This document shows, one piece after another, positions 34,026 through 47,485 of a stretch of 49,502 nucleotides of DNA. A model generated the notes under the pieces. That model was given only the letters and a program-made list of their open reading frames with translations. It was not told the DNA's origin and ran no database searches. This DNA is from Eremomyces bilateralis CBS 781.70 (lineage: Eukaryota). The stretch is from assembly GCA_010015585.1 (NCBI GenBank), contig ML975159.1. One strand, 5' to 3'. Position 1 is the first letter of the stretch. Each line of letters opens with the position of its first letter. A program made the translations under genes and the position numbers.

Positions 34026-35766
34026 TCCACAGTCTCGCCGACCATCAACTGATGGATTTCTTGTGAAGCTTGTCGCGGCGGGATCAAATACACTCTATCG
34101 TGCAATAATTAAAGGTGTATTCCAGCCAGGCTTCGGAGTATCGTACAGTTCCTCGAGACAACTGAAGCGTCGCGTGCCACTAGGAATAGCTGATTCATCA
34201 CTCTCTTGGTCGCGATATCAGTTATCAGTTATCAGCCGAGATCGTCGCAAGCAGAACCGAAAGCAGGGGGACTCCGCCTTGGCATCGCCGCCGTCAAGCC
34301 TTGGAAGTCTGAGGTTGCCCCTCCATCAGCCCGCATTAGTCCGGTTCTTCCGCAACGCAGATCCTCCGATAGTCCGATTTGGCCCGATCTCGGCTCGAAT
34401 TGCGGATTCGCAGCAGATCGGTACTTATAGTATCGTGAATATGTGCAGTGGTCGACTGCCAAGTGGGATGTGACTTGGTCAAGACACAAGCTGACGCCAA
34501 TTCTGCTAGCATCTTGTATCCTGCGGACGATCCTTTCCTACACATCTTCCTATTGGATCCGACAATCATGTCCCATGTCCGTCCGAGACCGACCAGGAGG
34601 GCAGAAAAAACCATAAAAATTTCTAGGCAAAAGTTTCCATCACGGAGGTCGGACAACGAGAATTGAGAAAAGGCAACGTCGGGACTTTCAATGCGATTGT
34701 TGATTTCCTGTTACTTAGCACGAAGCAAAGCGGTTTCAGGGCCCAATTTTCAGTTTCCACAGTCCATCAGATTTGATACGGGGTACCGAACCACAATTCC
34801 ATCCATTGTAATTTGGAAATCGCGATCCTGGTGCCTGGATTGCCCCCGCACTTCCGCGTCTGCGAACCGCGTTTATCTGCAATTGGCAATTCTCCATCAA
34901 TCCCAACTTCCCAAGTCCTACAGTACCCGATCGCTGCATCAACTAAGACCGGACTGTGGTTACTGGTTACGGAGGCGCCTTTCAAAGTTTTCCTGGAGCG
35001 TGCACGATGGCGTAGCTAGCGTAGCAGCGTTCTGGCTTAATTCCCAGAGAGAAATCGGGCCGGGGCTCAGCTCAGAGAAATAGGGGAACCCCCCCCAAAT
35101 TTAGGCCCCACCCCCCCAGAATTTAGGCTGTCACCTGCCCAGAAGCCTTGCCAAGTACTATTGTTATTATATCATCATCAATCAGACAATCACCGTGAAT
35201 CACGATTGGGATCGTGCATGGCCCAGTAATTTTTTTTTTGAAAGGCGCCTCCGTAGTGGCGGGCTTACTGCAACGACCGTTGCTCTAGCCTCTAGGTCTC
35301 CCGCTCTCCCCAATTGCCTGACAGCTTAAGATCGAATCCCTTTTCCCACGTGCGTCAATTGTGTGTTCGTCGAAGACATTTCGTTTTGCTGCTCTCTGGC
35401 CCTTTCCGCTGCCGTCCCTATCCGTTGAGATGAGTCCCAACCGATAAACTTCGGCGACTGTGGACGAGTTTTTTTTCTTCGCTTATAATTCCCATCAACC
35501 TCGAGGATTCAATATTGATTTGCAAATTGTCGCACTTGAACGATTGTTGCTGGGTCAGATCGTCGCGGCGAGGTCAGTGTGGTTCACCGTTCAAGCTAAC
35601 GATTGGGCCCCTCTATCCCACCTTCGTCATCACTCTTCGTTGACACAATCAACTGAAAACATCGCCATTCCCTCCATTGGGACTCCTGTGAACTTCCGTT
35701 CGTTAGAAGAGCAGTCTTCGTTCCATTTCCGCCTTTCCGAGGCCCATTGACAATTTTTCCGCCACA

Positions 35767-38700
35767 ATGGCGAAGAAAGACAATGTGGTGCCTGACTCCC
35801 ACGTCTCCGGTGGCTCGAATGAGCCAATGTCCAAGCCGGCGCATAGCCTGCCTCCGGATCAGGTCGTCGAAGAATTGAATGCCGATGCTCAAGACGGGTT
35901 GACCGAGGCCGACGCCCGGCAGCGGTTGGAGAAGTTCGGTCGCAATGAGCTAGGGGATATGGGCGGCGTGCAGCCGGTGAAGATCTTCATCCGGCAGGTC
36001 GCCAATGCTATGACTTTGGTAAGGAATTTTTCTATAGTCGATTTCGGTTCAGAGTAATACGAAAGAATCACAATGGACACGGCCTTGCTCGTCAATTTTT
36101 CTAGAGGTTCCGATGCCGCCTCCCTTTCGTATAGATCCTGACTAACCATGATATTCAGGTCTTGATCCTCGCTATGGCGGTATCGTTCGGAATCAAATCT
36201 TGGATCGAAGGCGGCGTCATTGGTGCGGTCATCATCCTCAACATCACCATCGGGTTCTTTCAGGAGTTCAAGGCGGAAAAGACCATGGACTCCCTTCGGT
36301 CCCTGAGCTCTCCCACCGCGATGACCGTCCGCGCCGGCAAAGCTTCCACCATTCCCACTGTCGAAGTCGTTCCGGGTGATCTAGTCGAAGTCAAGACCGG
36401 TGATACGATCCCCGCTGACCTTCGGTACGCTGCTTCCATATAGCGGATTTCCGATCTTGTGACTAACACTAACTCCTTGAAGCCTCCTTGAAGCCGTCAA
36501 CTTCGAAACCGACGAAGCCCTACTGACCGGCGAGTCGCTCCCCGTCCGTAAAGAATCCCTTGCGACCTTTGACGTCGAAACCGGCCCCGGAGACCGCCTC
36601 AACGTCGCCTACTCTAGCTCCACCGTGACCAAGGGCCGCGCCACCGGCATCGTCTTCGCCACCGGAATGTACACGGAAATCGGATCCATCGCGTCCGCAC
36701 TCAACAAGAAGGAATCACGCCGCCGACCGGTCAAGCGGAACCAATCTGGCCAAGCGGGCCCGCATCGATATATGCAGGCGTACTCGATGACGGCGTTTGA
36801 TGCGGTCGGACGGTTCCTAGGAGTCAATGTCGGGACGCCGTTGCAGAAGAAGCTCAGTCGGCTTGCGGTGCTACTTTTTGGAACCGCTATTTTGTGCGCG
36901 ATCATCGTGTTGGCGGCGAATAAATTCAGCAATCGAAAGGAGGTCATCATTTATGCGGTCGCCACCGGCGTGTCGATGCTTCCGGCCAGCTTGGTCGTGC
37001 TTCTGACCATCACGATGGCGGCGGGCACGAAGCGAATGGTCGAGAGGAATGTGATTGTTCGAAACTTGCGTTCGTTGGAGGCTCTCGGAGCGGTTACCGA
37101 CATCTGCTCTGACAAGACCGGTACGCTGACCCAGGGGAAGATGGTCACCAAGAAAGTATGGATCCCCGCACGTGGCACCTATTCCGTGGGGGTCTGCAAG
37201 GAACCGTTCAACCCCACTGTCGGCGACTTGAGCTTGAATAAGAGCGAGCCGCGCAATATCGATTTCAAGGGCCTGGACGAGAAAGATGCCGTCGCCGAAC
37301 CTGCCGACCACCTGATCCAAGACAACCCATACCTTCAAGACTTCCTCAACGTCGCCTCGCTCGCGAATTTATCCCATGTTCACACCAATGCCGAAGGCGG
37401 TTGGACGGCCCGTGGCGATCCTACGGAGATCGCGATGCTGGTTTTCGCCTCGCGGTTCAACTGGGGCCGCGATCGATGGACGAAAGGTGCGGATCCGAAA
37501 TGGAAGAGCATCGCGGAGTTCCCGTTCGACTCGTCCGTCAAGAAAATGTCCACGCTGTGCACCGAACTCGAAACAGGCGAGCACCACCTCTTCACCAAGG
37601 GTGCCGTGGAGCGGATCATCGACTCGTGCTCCAAGTGCTTCTGGGAGGAAGGTGCGGAGCCGATCGACATGACCGACGAGCTCCGCGATCACGTCATCAA
37701 GAACATGGACTCGCTGTCGGCTTTGGGATTGCGCGTGTTAGCGCTTGCGAGCAAGAAATGGACCCAACCGGTAGAGAACGTCATGGATATGGACCGCCAG
37801 AAGGTCGAGGTCGGCCTCACCTTCCGAGGCCTAGTCGCCATCTACGATCCGCCGCGTCCGGAGTCTCGGCCCAGTGTCAGGCAGTGCCAGGAGGCCGGGA
37901 TTACCGTCCACATGCTTACGGGTGATCATCCGGGTACCGCTCGCGCCATCGCTTTGGAGGTGGGAATCTTGCCATCGCATATGGAGCGGTTGAGTAAGGA
38001 GGTGGCGGACGCGATGATTATGACGGCGGCGCAGTTCGATAAACTTTCGGATACTGAGGTCGATGCATTGCCGACCCTTCCATTGGTGGTTGCTCGTTGC
38101 GCGCCGAATACGAAGGTGAGGATGATCGAGGCGCTGCACCGGAGGAAGAGGTTCTGTGCGATGGTAAGTTCAATCGCCATCTTAGCGACAAGATTTTGTG
38201 GATGCTAATGGTACCAGACTGGTGACGGTGTCAACGACTCCCCGTCGCTCAAGCGCGCCGATGTTGGGATTGCCATGGGCCAATCCGGCTCCGACGTCGC
38301 CAAAGATGCTTCCGACATTGTTCTCACGGACGACAATTTCGCATCGATTCTTAACGCCATCGAAGAAGGTCGTCGCATGTTCGACAACATCCAGCGTTTC
38401 GTCCTGCACATCCTCGCCGAGAACATCGCGCAAGCCTGCGTCTTGCTCATCGGCCTCGCCTTCAAAGACGGAAGTAAGCTCTCTGTCTTCCCCATCTCCC
38501 CCGTCGAAGCCCTCTGGATCATCATGGTTACCTCCGGAATGCCGGACATGGGTCTCGGATTCGAAGAGGCTGTCCCGGAAATCATGCAGCGTCCCCCGAT
38601 GAGCCTGAAAGCCGGCGTCTTTACCCTCGAAGTCATGCTTGACATGTTTGTGTACGGCCTCTGGATTGCGGCCCTCTGCCTTGGCGCTTTCAGCATCGTG

Positions 38701-39285
38701 GTCTTCGGTTTCGGCGATGGCAACCTCGGCGAGAACTGCAACAACGACTACGCCAACGCTCAAGGCGTGCCGGTCTGCGACCTTGTGTTCCGCGGCCGCG
38801 CCACCACGTTCGCGTGCCTCACGTGGAACGCGCTCTTCCTCGCGTGGCAGATGGTCGACATGCGGCGGTCGTTCTTCCGCATGCATCCGGGCAGCAAGCG
38901 GCCGTTCACCCAGTGGATCGTGGACGTGTGGCGGAACAAGTTCCTCTTCTGGGCGATCATCATCGGCTTCGTGACGCTGTTCCCGACACTGTACATCCCC
39001 GTCATCAACCACAAGGTGTTCCGCCACGAGGGGCTCACGTGGGAATGGGCGGTCGTGTTCATCGAGACGTTCCTGTTCTTCATCGGCGTCGAGATCTGGC
39101 TGTGGTGCAAGCGGGTGTATTTCCGGCATGCAGGGAAGGGGGAGACATTGAGTGGGCAGGACGTCGAGGCGCGGGCATTCGGGTTGAATGGGACAGAGAG
39201 CACGTCGTCTGGCACGAGCGATGAGGAGGTACCGGAGGAACAGAACAGTAAGGATCTACAGAAGAAGGCGACAGAAGCTGAATGA
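35767..39285 (+). CDS. ENA1: ENA-type (P2D) sodium/potassium-efflux P-type ATPase; exons 35767-36018, 36159-36424, 36483-38163, 38218-39285
   Basis: DEALLTGES, ICSDKTGTLTQGKM phosphorylation site, GDPTEIA, FPFDSSVKKMS, TKGAVE, MLTGDHPGTA, MTGDGVNDSPSLK. KSWIEGGVI, FQEFKAEKTMDSLRSLSSP and LHILAENIAQ are typical of fungal ENA pumps. Confidence 0.93.
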
Positions 39286-39769
39286 CGCCGGTTGTGTCCA
39301 GGGGTGGAATTTGGGGGGAACATGGCTATGGTGAGCAGGGCTATGGGAACGGAAACGAACAGAACAACCTACGAGGAAGGAATGAGATTCAACATCTGGA
39401 ATTCACAGACGGAGGAGACGGTAAAGATAACGGAAATGCTCGTCGAGGAGAAACAATCTTTATCGACATGCAGGACATATTTTGATCATGGCTACTGTAC
39501 CTTTCCTAGCTTTGCAGCATATAACAATGAAGAGATAATTGGAGATGGAAACTATAGCTCCCCTTACCCAGACAGTGTGCTCTGCTGCTCCTTTAAGCCA
39601 CGGACCTGCCATGTCCGTGTTCCGCCAGACATTGCTGTCCTCCTTGTTGCGGCATTTCTTCCTATTCCCGGCTTCCAAAAATGCCTCACCACCACGAACC
39701 CGTTCACCACCTCCATCCGAACCACAAAAAATACGTAGACTCGATTGAATGGAAACACAAGTAAGTAAG

Positions 39770-39784
39770 AAAAAACAAAAAAAA
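39770..39784 (-). terminator. Pol III oligo-T terminator of the tRNA gene
   Basis: T8 and T6 runs on the minus strand just 3' of the tRNA. Confidence 0.8.
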
Positions 39785-39786
39785 CG

Positions 39787-39879
39787 TAGTCCCGGTGGGG
39801 ATCGAACCCACGACCTTCGCATAACCATTTCGTAAAAGGGCTATAAGAGCGACGTGATAAACCGCTACACTACGGGACT
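39787..39879 (-). tRNA. tRNA-Ile (anticodon UAU) with a 19-nt intron (39841-39823)
   Basis: Acceptor stem AGTCCCG/CGGGACT, D arm GTG..CAC, anticodon arm TCGCT-CTTATA[intron]A-TGCGA, T arm GTGGG-TTCGATC-CCCAC. Intron at the canonical 37/38 position. Confidence 0.92.
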
Positions 39880-40087
39880 GGCAAATCAGATAAAAATCCC
39901 GGTCAGAGAACATATGTTTGAAGATAGTATGACGTCATGTCGACCAATCAGAGCGCCAAACGCGTCGATTCCCTGTTTCTTCCCAATATCGATCATTTTC
40001 GAGTGTTCAACGACAACCGCATCTGTAGAATAGGGGCTCTTAACTCATCCACTCTTTTTGTATAATAATTTAATCGTTTAATTCGAC

Positions 40088-40872
40088 ATGTCAACATTCC
40101 TCCCCACCATGTTCCGCGCCGAGAAATTCCGCCCGCTCCTCATCTGCTCCATCGGCAACCCAGGCCCCAAATACGCCAACACCCTCCACTCCGCCGGCCA
40201 CATCCTCCTCAACCAACTCCAAACCGCGCGCGATTTCGAGACTTTTGTGTCCTCCAAACGGCTCCTCTCAAAGGACTGGGGCGGCGGCGCGGTGTCCGTC
40301 CCGCGATACTGGACATTCCATCCGTATAAAGTCAAGAAATATGCGGACGATTGGGCGACGCGGCGGTATTCCGAGGGGAAGAATCCGATGGATTTGTGGA
40401 CGTTGTGGAGGAGTGGGAGTTTGATGAACGTGAGTGGGGTGGGGGTGCGGCGGGCGTGGGAGACGTGGCGGGAAGAGATGAAGGGGATGGGGGTAGAGGA
40501 GCGGTGGGGGGAGGGATTGGTGGTGGTGTTGCAGGATGAGTTGGAGGAGAAACTAGGGAAATTGACGGTGCGGAAGTTGGAGAGTAGTTCACGGTGGGCT
40601 TTGTTCTATTGTTTCTTTTCTTTTGGGGCGCAGACGGGCTGATGGTACGGCGTAGCGGGCATCGCGGGATCAAGTCCATCCAGGCATGTCTACCGAAAGG
40701 AACCCCGGTGGTGAGGATTGGGATTGGGATTGGGAGACCAAGCAGCCGTGATTCCGGAGATGTCGCACGTTACGTTCTGAATCCCGTGTCGGCAGATGTG
40801 GAAAAGACGCTGCTCCGCAGTGAAGGAGATCTGACCGACAAACTCCTTGATATTGCTCATGGCCACGTTTGA
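40088..40872 (+). CDS. PTH1: Peptidyl-tRNA hydrolase (bacterial-type Pth, likely mitochondrial); intron 40594-40655
   Basis: ICSIGNPGPKYANTLHSAGH, LMNVSG, VVVLQDELE, SRGHRGIKSI, VRIGIGIGRP..VARYVL match the Pth motifs. Confidence 0.88.
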
Positions 40873-41110
40873 ACCAAATGACCTGTGAGGCCAATGGCTT
40901 CATCCCGGAAATTAAGATGATTGGAAAGGGACGGGATGCTACGGGTCGATGGCTCACTTAGGACACACTTGGGATTGTTCAACTAAATTAATTCTCTACC
41001 GGCGTGTCGAGCCTATCCCTCGATGAGGAGGATCTAACCATTCCAAGGCTCGGTATATACTGGAAAACATCACCGATACAGATTGGTCACTCCCAATTCC
41101 CCGGGCGATG

Positions 41111-42716
41111 TCATTCATGAACGCGATTCTCCTTCGCCGTCCCCGAAGTGGTCGCATCTGGTTCATCGTCATCGGACATCAACCCTTCTAGTTCAAACTC
41201 TTCCGCGTCCCTGAGGCTGCGGTCCGTGTGTCCATTTGGGATGCTATTTAACCGGGTTGGAGATACATCGGGCTTTTTTGACGCATTAGAGGTGGCTACT
41301 AGATGGAGAAGCATGTTCACAACTAGCAGAGTCAGTTATGTCGAGTTGATAGAGCTGGAGATACCCACAAAGGAACATGAGGAATGCAATACTATAGAGT
41401 ATCAGCACGTATGAGACATGGTCGACGTTCGCGGCCGCAAGCATTTGCATTTGCTCCTCGGTGGCGCCCATGAAGAGAAAACCAGCGGCACATAATAGCT
41501 GATCCGGTCAGTTGGGATTTGCCAAGAAAGCAGAGTGAGAACTTACGAATGGCGGAAGATATTGGAAGCTGTTGGTCACCTCTCCATCGGCCGATAGCGA
41601 ATCCTGATCCCTCAAAACGAACGATATCTCAATTAGTCGAGTCACTCCGGCGCCCATCAGCGTGTACCCAAACATGGTATGCGTCATCGCCGAAATGGGC
41701 AAGTGTTGTGGATGCGACGACATCGCCCACCCCGTCATGAGGAGGACGATGCTCGGAATGATATTCCGCTTCGCCTGACCACCACGGGATCGGCTCATCC
41801 ACATCCCTAGTAGGCCGGCACACCACCACACGATGCCCATCGACGTGTGTTGTAGGTCGTTGTGCACCCATTCCTGACCCCAGCGGTGCTCTGTGAACGT
41901 GTTCACGCATCCCCACGCCGCGATGATCGATGAGTCGAAGAACTCCTGACTGCGTCCGGTCCTCCGCAGCCAGAGCTGTCCGACCAGGAGCAATATCGTC
42001 AAGATGATTCCGTAGGCGATGAATGCGCTCCCCATAATGAAGTGCGCTAAACATTGACCCAGATGATCGTCCCTGCAGAACCCTAACGCAGTAATCCCGC
42101 CAAATATCATCTGGACCCATGCGGCGACCGGGATTATTTTCCCGATGATGCCGTGCACTGTGACAAAATAGCGCCGTATCCGCCCGTGGAAACCGCGTTC
42201 GAGGTGCAGTCTGAGGTATATCCCCAGACCGATTTGGAGGAAGAGCATTAGCATGAGGCTCGGGGCGAAGGCGCCGTGGATGTTCGAGGTGAATTGTCGG
42301 CCTTTGTGGGAGTGGCCAAGGATATAGCCCAGGATAGCAAGGCAGGTTCCGAGTGCCTGTACGGGAACGTGCCATCGTGATCGGATAATCTGCCCCTGGT
42401 CAGTCTTCCGTCGTAGGGAGCATGGGGATGCCACGTACTCCGAGAACCATTCCTGTAGGGAACAGTATTCCCCAGGCGAAGGTCTGGATTAATATATGTG
42501 TCCATAGTATCGAGTCCTGCGGAACCATCAGTCCGATCCAGCCCACGCAAAAGGCATCGTACATACTATGGGATCGGGAGAAATGAACTGCCCTTCCTCT
42601 ATATTGTCCATGTGGTGTTCATGAGCCTCTACCGGAGACAATACCGTCATCGCTACGGCAAGAAGCAACGCAGTTCCGGAGCCTTGAGACATCCATCTTG
42701 AGTGAGACCGTGACAT
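41111..42716 (-). CDS. YTP1: YTP1-like multi-pass membrane protein, multi-exon
   Basis: Signal-like N-terminus followed by AHEHH, DSILWTHILIQ..WGILFPTGMVLG, RSRWHVPVQ, GQCLAHFIMGSAFIAYG, SQEFFDS, NTFTEHRWG..DLQHTSMG and FLFMGATEEQM, which are characteristic of Ytp1-family proteins. Confidence 0.82.
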
Positions 42717-43186
42717 ATTGGCAACAGGAAATGCGGTTCGCGGATTTAAGTTTCGCGATGCTGGACTGAATGCAGCTGAGTGTCCGGTCCGGTATGACGG
42801 ACGTCTGTCCCGTCCTGTTCTCGTGGGTTCGGCGGCGCGAGTTCAACGGTCGGAACCTGCAATGAGGTATAAAATATATCCCATCTCCTTCTCTTTCGAC
42901 GTCTGATTCTTTCACATCAGACCGTGCGGATTACGGAATACGAAAACGCCTGCCGAGATTCGCGATCTCGACTGCGGCGGGATAGGGCGGAGGGCGCTTA
43001 CACGTGATGGAGACCCACCCATAATATCTGTCGCGATCTCAACTGGAAGCGGGATTATTAATAGTTAGGTAATATCCAAACTCTCGGACCCAATTGTCCG
43101 TATCTCAAATACCAGCTTAAGAGACTACGTGGAACAATAGAGCTGTATGCGAATAACACTCTAGATTAACGAGATAGTCTATCACA

Positions 43187-43659
43187 ATGCCTGGTCTTAA
43201 TGGTCCAGATGCAGCGCAGAAGATCGTGAGCGATACACGCAATCTGGTTTGAATCGACTAACAAGCAGACAGAGCTCGCTTCAATCGCGAATACAAGCAC
43301 TTGAATCCAACCTACCCGAACTTCTCGCCCGCCGGGAAGCTTTGATATCGCAAGTCCGTCAATGTCCTGCCATCGCCTCTCAGCTACCATCTGAACCTAC
43401 CGATGCAACCCCCACCGCGCCACCCAAAGCAGAGGATCCTCAGAACGCAACAGCCACAGATTTGACAGCCGAAGCAACACCTGCAGATAGTGAAGTCATT
43501 GCTGCCGCGAAGAAAATCAACGACCAGCATATCCGCAAGCTACACGAATACAACGAGATCCGGGATGTAGGCCTTGGTTTGATGGGCATGATTGCCGAGA
43601 AGAGAGGAACACGGGTGGTGGAGGTGCAGCGAGAATTCGGCATTGACACAGCGGATTGA
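43187..43659 (+). CDS. SWI5: Swi5/Sae3-family recombination accessory protein; intron 43226-43272
   Basis: C-terminal HIRKLHEYNEIRDVGLGLMGMIAEKRGTRVVEVQREFGI is the Swi5/Sae3 domain signature. A short first exon MPGLNGPDAAQKI joins in frame. Confidence 0.88.
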
Positions 43660-44409
43660 AAAATTTGCCGTATTAGTCGAAAGTTTTAGCGATAGGCGTA
43701 TATGAGCTTGTTCGGTCGTTCCATGAGCGAGATCGTTCAACAGTGGAGCTGGTCATGGGAATGAGCCTTATAGGAGTTGATATAGGCTGGAGGTGAGTAC
43801 GATGCTTCCGTGTTGGAGAAGTGCCCGGCTGAGTCTGTCTAGGACAGTCGGAATCATGCGCTGAACATACTGCATACACTACCATGTCCCAGGCGGTGTC
43901 GGCTGGGTTGCGGGACACGGGAAGGATGATTCCGTTTATGCAAGCTACACGCCGTCTCAATAATGAAGGAATGAATGCGGTACTTCTCTACGGTTTACAA
44001 GGTTGAACCAATCGAATAGTGTGGTGTTGGAAGCATGGAGGGAGAAGACCAATTAGTCGCCGCTCATATCAACCTTCGTCGTTTGAATGGGCGAGTAGCT
44101 ATAGATCTACCGAATGTATCAGAAGCAATGAAGTGTTTCGAATGAATTTCTTCAATTTCCCCCCGCAACAATAACGTTTCCTGGAAATATATGACATCTC
44201 GAATTCTCGATATATGGGTGCCAAGCCCCCAAAAGGCGGGAACGCGTCAACGCGTCGAACTTCACGTTGGACATTAAGGTGGTAGTTTCCTTCTGTCAGC
44301 TACGTCATCCATCCTATTTCCATTGTCCGGAAAGATTTGTTTAATCCATTACGATGGTTCAATAGCGCATCAAGTCCTATTAAAGGGCCCGGGACGATCA
44401 GATTCGAAA

Positions 44410-47400
44410 ATGGCTGGAACGCAACGGTCTCCTTACTTGATGCTCGCCAACGTCCTCATTCCAATCGCGACGATCGTGTTCGCCACGGGATTCTTCCCTT
44501 ATAAACCGTTTATTGCGGGATTAGCAAATTTCACTGAAGATGGCGAGCAGCAGCCGCCGGCTATCTTTGACAAGTTGATATTTATGGTTGTGGATTCGTT
44601 ACGCAGGTTAGTTTCCATAGAGTATCAGCAAGGAGGAGTCTCACCATGGCCTAGTGATTTCGTTTTCTCCGAACCCTCGGGTTTTAGCTATGTTCAAAGG
44701 TTTGTCGTTCGAATTGACTGTTATAATGGCTATATTAAATAAATTCCCAGCTTGATTCGATCCGGCGATGCAATTCCTTTCACGGGGCATGCCACAGCTC
44801 CAACTATCACCATGCCTCGAGTGAAGGCCATGACAACCGGGTCTGTCCCGTCCTTTCTCGATGTCATCTTGAATTTTGCAGAAGCGGACACTTCATCGAC
44901 TCTAGCAGACCAAGACACATGGCTGCTTCAGCTGAAAAAGAACAAGGGAGGAAAACTCGTCTTCTATGGCGATGACACCTGGCTTAAGCTCTTTCCCAAC
45001 ATGTTCAGCAGATCAGATGGGACATCGAGTTTCTTCGTATCGGTCAGTGAAGAGTGAGGAATTTAACTCCGAAAGACGGCGAGGTGTTGATTTGTATTCG
45101 CAGGACTTCACGGAGGTGGACAATAATGTGACCAGACATGTCCCCGAAGAGCTTGGGAATACGGACTGGAATGCTCTGATTATGCACTATCTTGGACTGG
45201 ATCATATCGGACACAAAGCGGGCCCCAAGAGGTATGTTAGCTGCACGTTAAATGTGATGTATCCCTAAGTAACGACCCAAAGCCCGAACATGATCCCAAA
45301 GCAAAAGGAGATGGATGGTATAGTCGAGCAGATATATCATGCCATGCAAACCCAACACCATCTTCAGTCATCCTTGTTAGTACTGTTAGGAGACCACGGT
45401 ATGAACGATGGAGGCGGTCATGGAGGGTCCTCGGCAGGTGAAACGTCGCCAGCCTTAGTCTTCATGTCTCCAAAGCTGAGACGTGTCGGACAACTGACCA
45501 CAAGGGATTGCCCTATCCCTTTTCGGGAAGACTTTGACTTCTACGGTACGGTCGAGCAGTCGGATCTTGCGCCGACGTTAGCAGGACTTTTTGGCTTTCC
45601 CGTCCCCCTTAACAACCTCGGAGTCTTTATAGAGACCTTCCTTCCTCTGTGGCCAAATGGTGAGGCTGAGCGCCATCCGCAACTCTTTTCAATTAAGTGG
45701 ATAGATGGATAACATTTCTCAGGGAAGGACCGGCTCCAATTGCTGAAGCAGAACGCTCGGCAAATGCTGAGCCTTGTCAAAGAGACGTTCCGCAGCGAGG
45801 ATTTCGAGCCCTCCACAAAAAGAGACAATTGTAACGACATGGACTCCGAGGGAGCAGAACTTGCTTGCTTGTGGAAAGAGGCGGAAGCTAGTGGAGACAA
45901 TGAGAGATTAGTTCTCAGTAGGAGAGAACCACATCTGGAACAGGCATTCGCGTTCAAGAAGGTATACTATGCTTCTAGGCCCCGTATTCGGTTGCCATAT
46001 AGATGCTGACGAGCATCAGTTTTGCAAACGAACTCAAGAGGTGATGAGTAGTACGGCAAGCAACTATAACCTCACAAGAATGGGCGCTGGGATTGTACTT
46101 TGCCTAATAGCCGTCACAGCGTCTCTCTTGACTTTGCTAGATAAACGACGCGGGCTCAGTATCACTGATCAACTAGTGTTCATCTGTGTAGTCGTCCCAT
46201 ACATGGCCTTAATGTTCGCCAGCAGCTTCGTTGAAGAAGAGCAGGTCTTCTGGTATTGGATCTCAGCAGGCTTCATCGCCTCCCTTGTCTCCTCCACGTA
46301 CGTACGTCGGTGAACCACGACAGTTAGACAACGCTAACGTCTCCAGAAGAGGAATCCCGCCTAACTTGACAGGAGCCGCTGCAGGAGCCGCCTTGCTCCT
46401 CTTCCACCGCATCATCCAGCGCTGGAACCAGACCGGCCAGAAACGAGCTGGCGCGCCAGATATCGTGCATGACGTCCTCCTCCCACACCCACTTCTCCTC
46501 TGGACCCTCGTCCTCACAACATACGGCCTTGTCTTGACGAGACTCCGTGTGCGGCCGTTCAGACCGAATAAGCGCACAACGATGGAGTCGTACCTCAGCA
46601 TGACAGCCGGGCTACTGTCGCTGGTCTTCAAGGCGTCGTTCACGGCTCATGATGCGCCTGAGCTGCTAGAGGGGGTGACTCCAGGCGTCCTTCAGATATT
46701 CATGGATTTCAATCTGGTGGTGGGCGCGCGGTTGGTGTTCGGTCTGGTCATATTTGTGCTGGTCCTTCGGTTGGCAAGGAATGACCATACACTGCGTAAG
46801 TGCTGTCGAGCTTTCCATTCGACCGATGCTAACTATCTCAGCGAACGATCTTGTTCACTTGGTGACGATCTTCCTATTGACGCAAAGTCGAGCGCAGAAC
46901 ATCCCACTATTCCTCCTTTTCGAGCTCCAGGCGGTCTGTCTTTGTAAGTGCTATCCTAGCCATTGATTCATCCCTTGTGCTAACGAAAACTTCCCAGCGA
47001 CGCTCCATCTGAACCCTTCGCAATTGTCCCTCACTTCTATCCTCTTCTCACACACTGCGTTCTTCGCGCTAGGCAATAGCAACGCCATCTCCTCCGTCGA
47101 CCTCGCCAACGCGTATAATGGGGTTGCAGGATACAACGTTGTCGCAGTCGGCGTCCTCGTGTTTCTGAGTAATTGGACCGGGCCGATCTGGTGGACTCTG
47201 AGCAGCCTGCGACTCATAAAAGAGACTATGCAGGCCAGGAAAGAAAAGGATCATTCGCCTGGATCGCCATTCCAATTGTATATGCCTCTCCACACCGTCT
47301 TTGTCGGCTGCGCGCTCGTTGCGGTGATGGTGGCTTGCACCGTGCTGCGAACGCATCTGTTCATCTGGACGGTGTTCAGCCCGAAGTATCTATTTTCCAT

Positions 47401-47485
47401 GGCGTGGAGCTGCTTGTTCCATCTTCTTATTACTATCGGGTTGAGTACGGTGTACCAGAAGATAGCGCTCCGAGCAACCAGATAG
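44410..47485 (+). CDS. LAS21: GPI ethanolamine phosphate transferase 2 (GPI7/LAS21/PIG-G), multi-exon
   Basis: GFFPYKP, FDKLIFMVVDSLRSDF, PTITMPRVKAMTTGSVPSFLD, GDDTWLKLFP, DFTEVDNNVTRH, HYLGLDHIGH, GDHGMNDGGGHGGSS, FASSFVEEEQ, GNSNAISSVDLANAYNG and RTHLFIWTVFSPKYL. Confidence 0.92.

Noticed and set aside
38182..39129. 315-aa antisense ORF
   Set aside because: Shadow of the GC3-rich last ENA exon.
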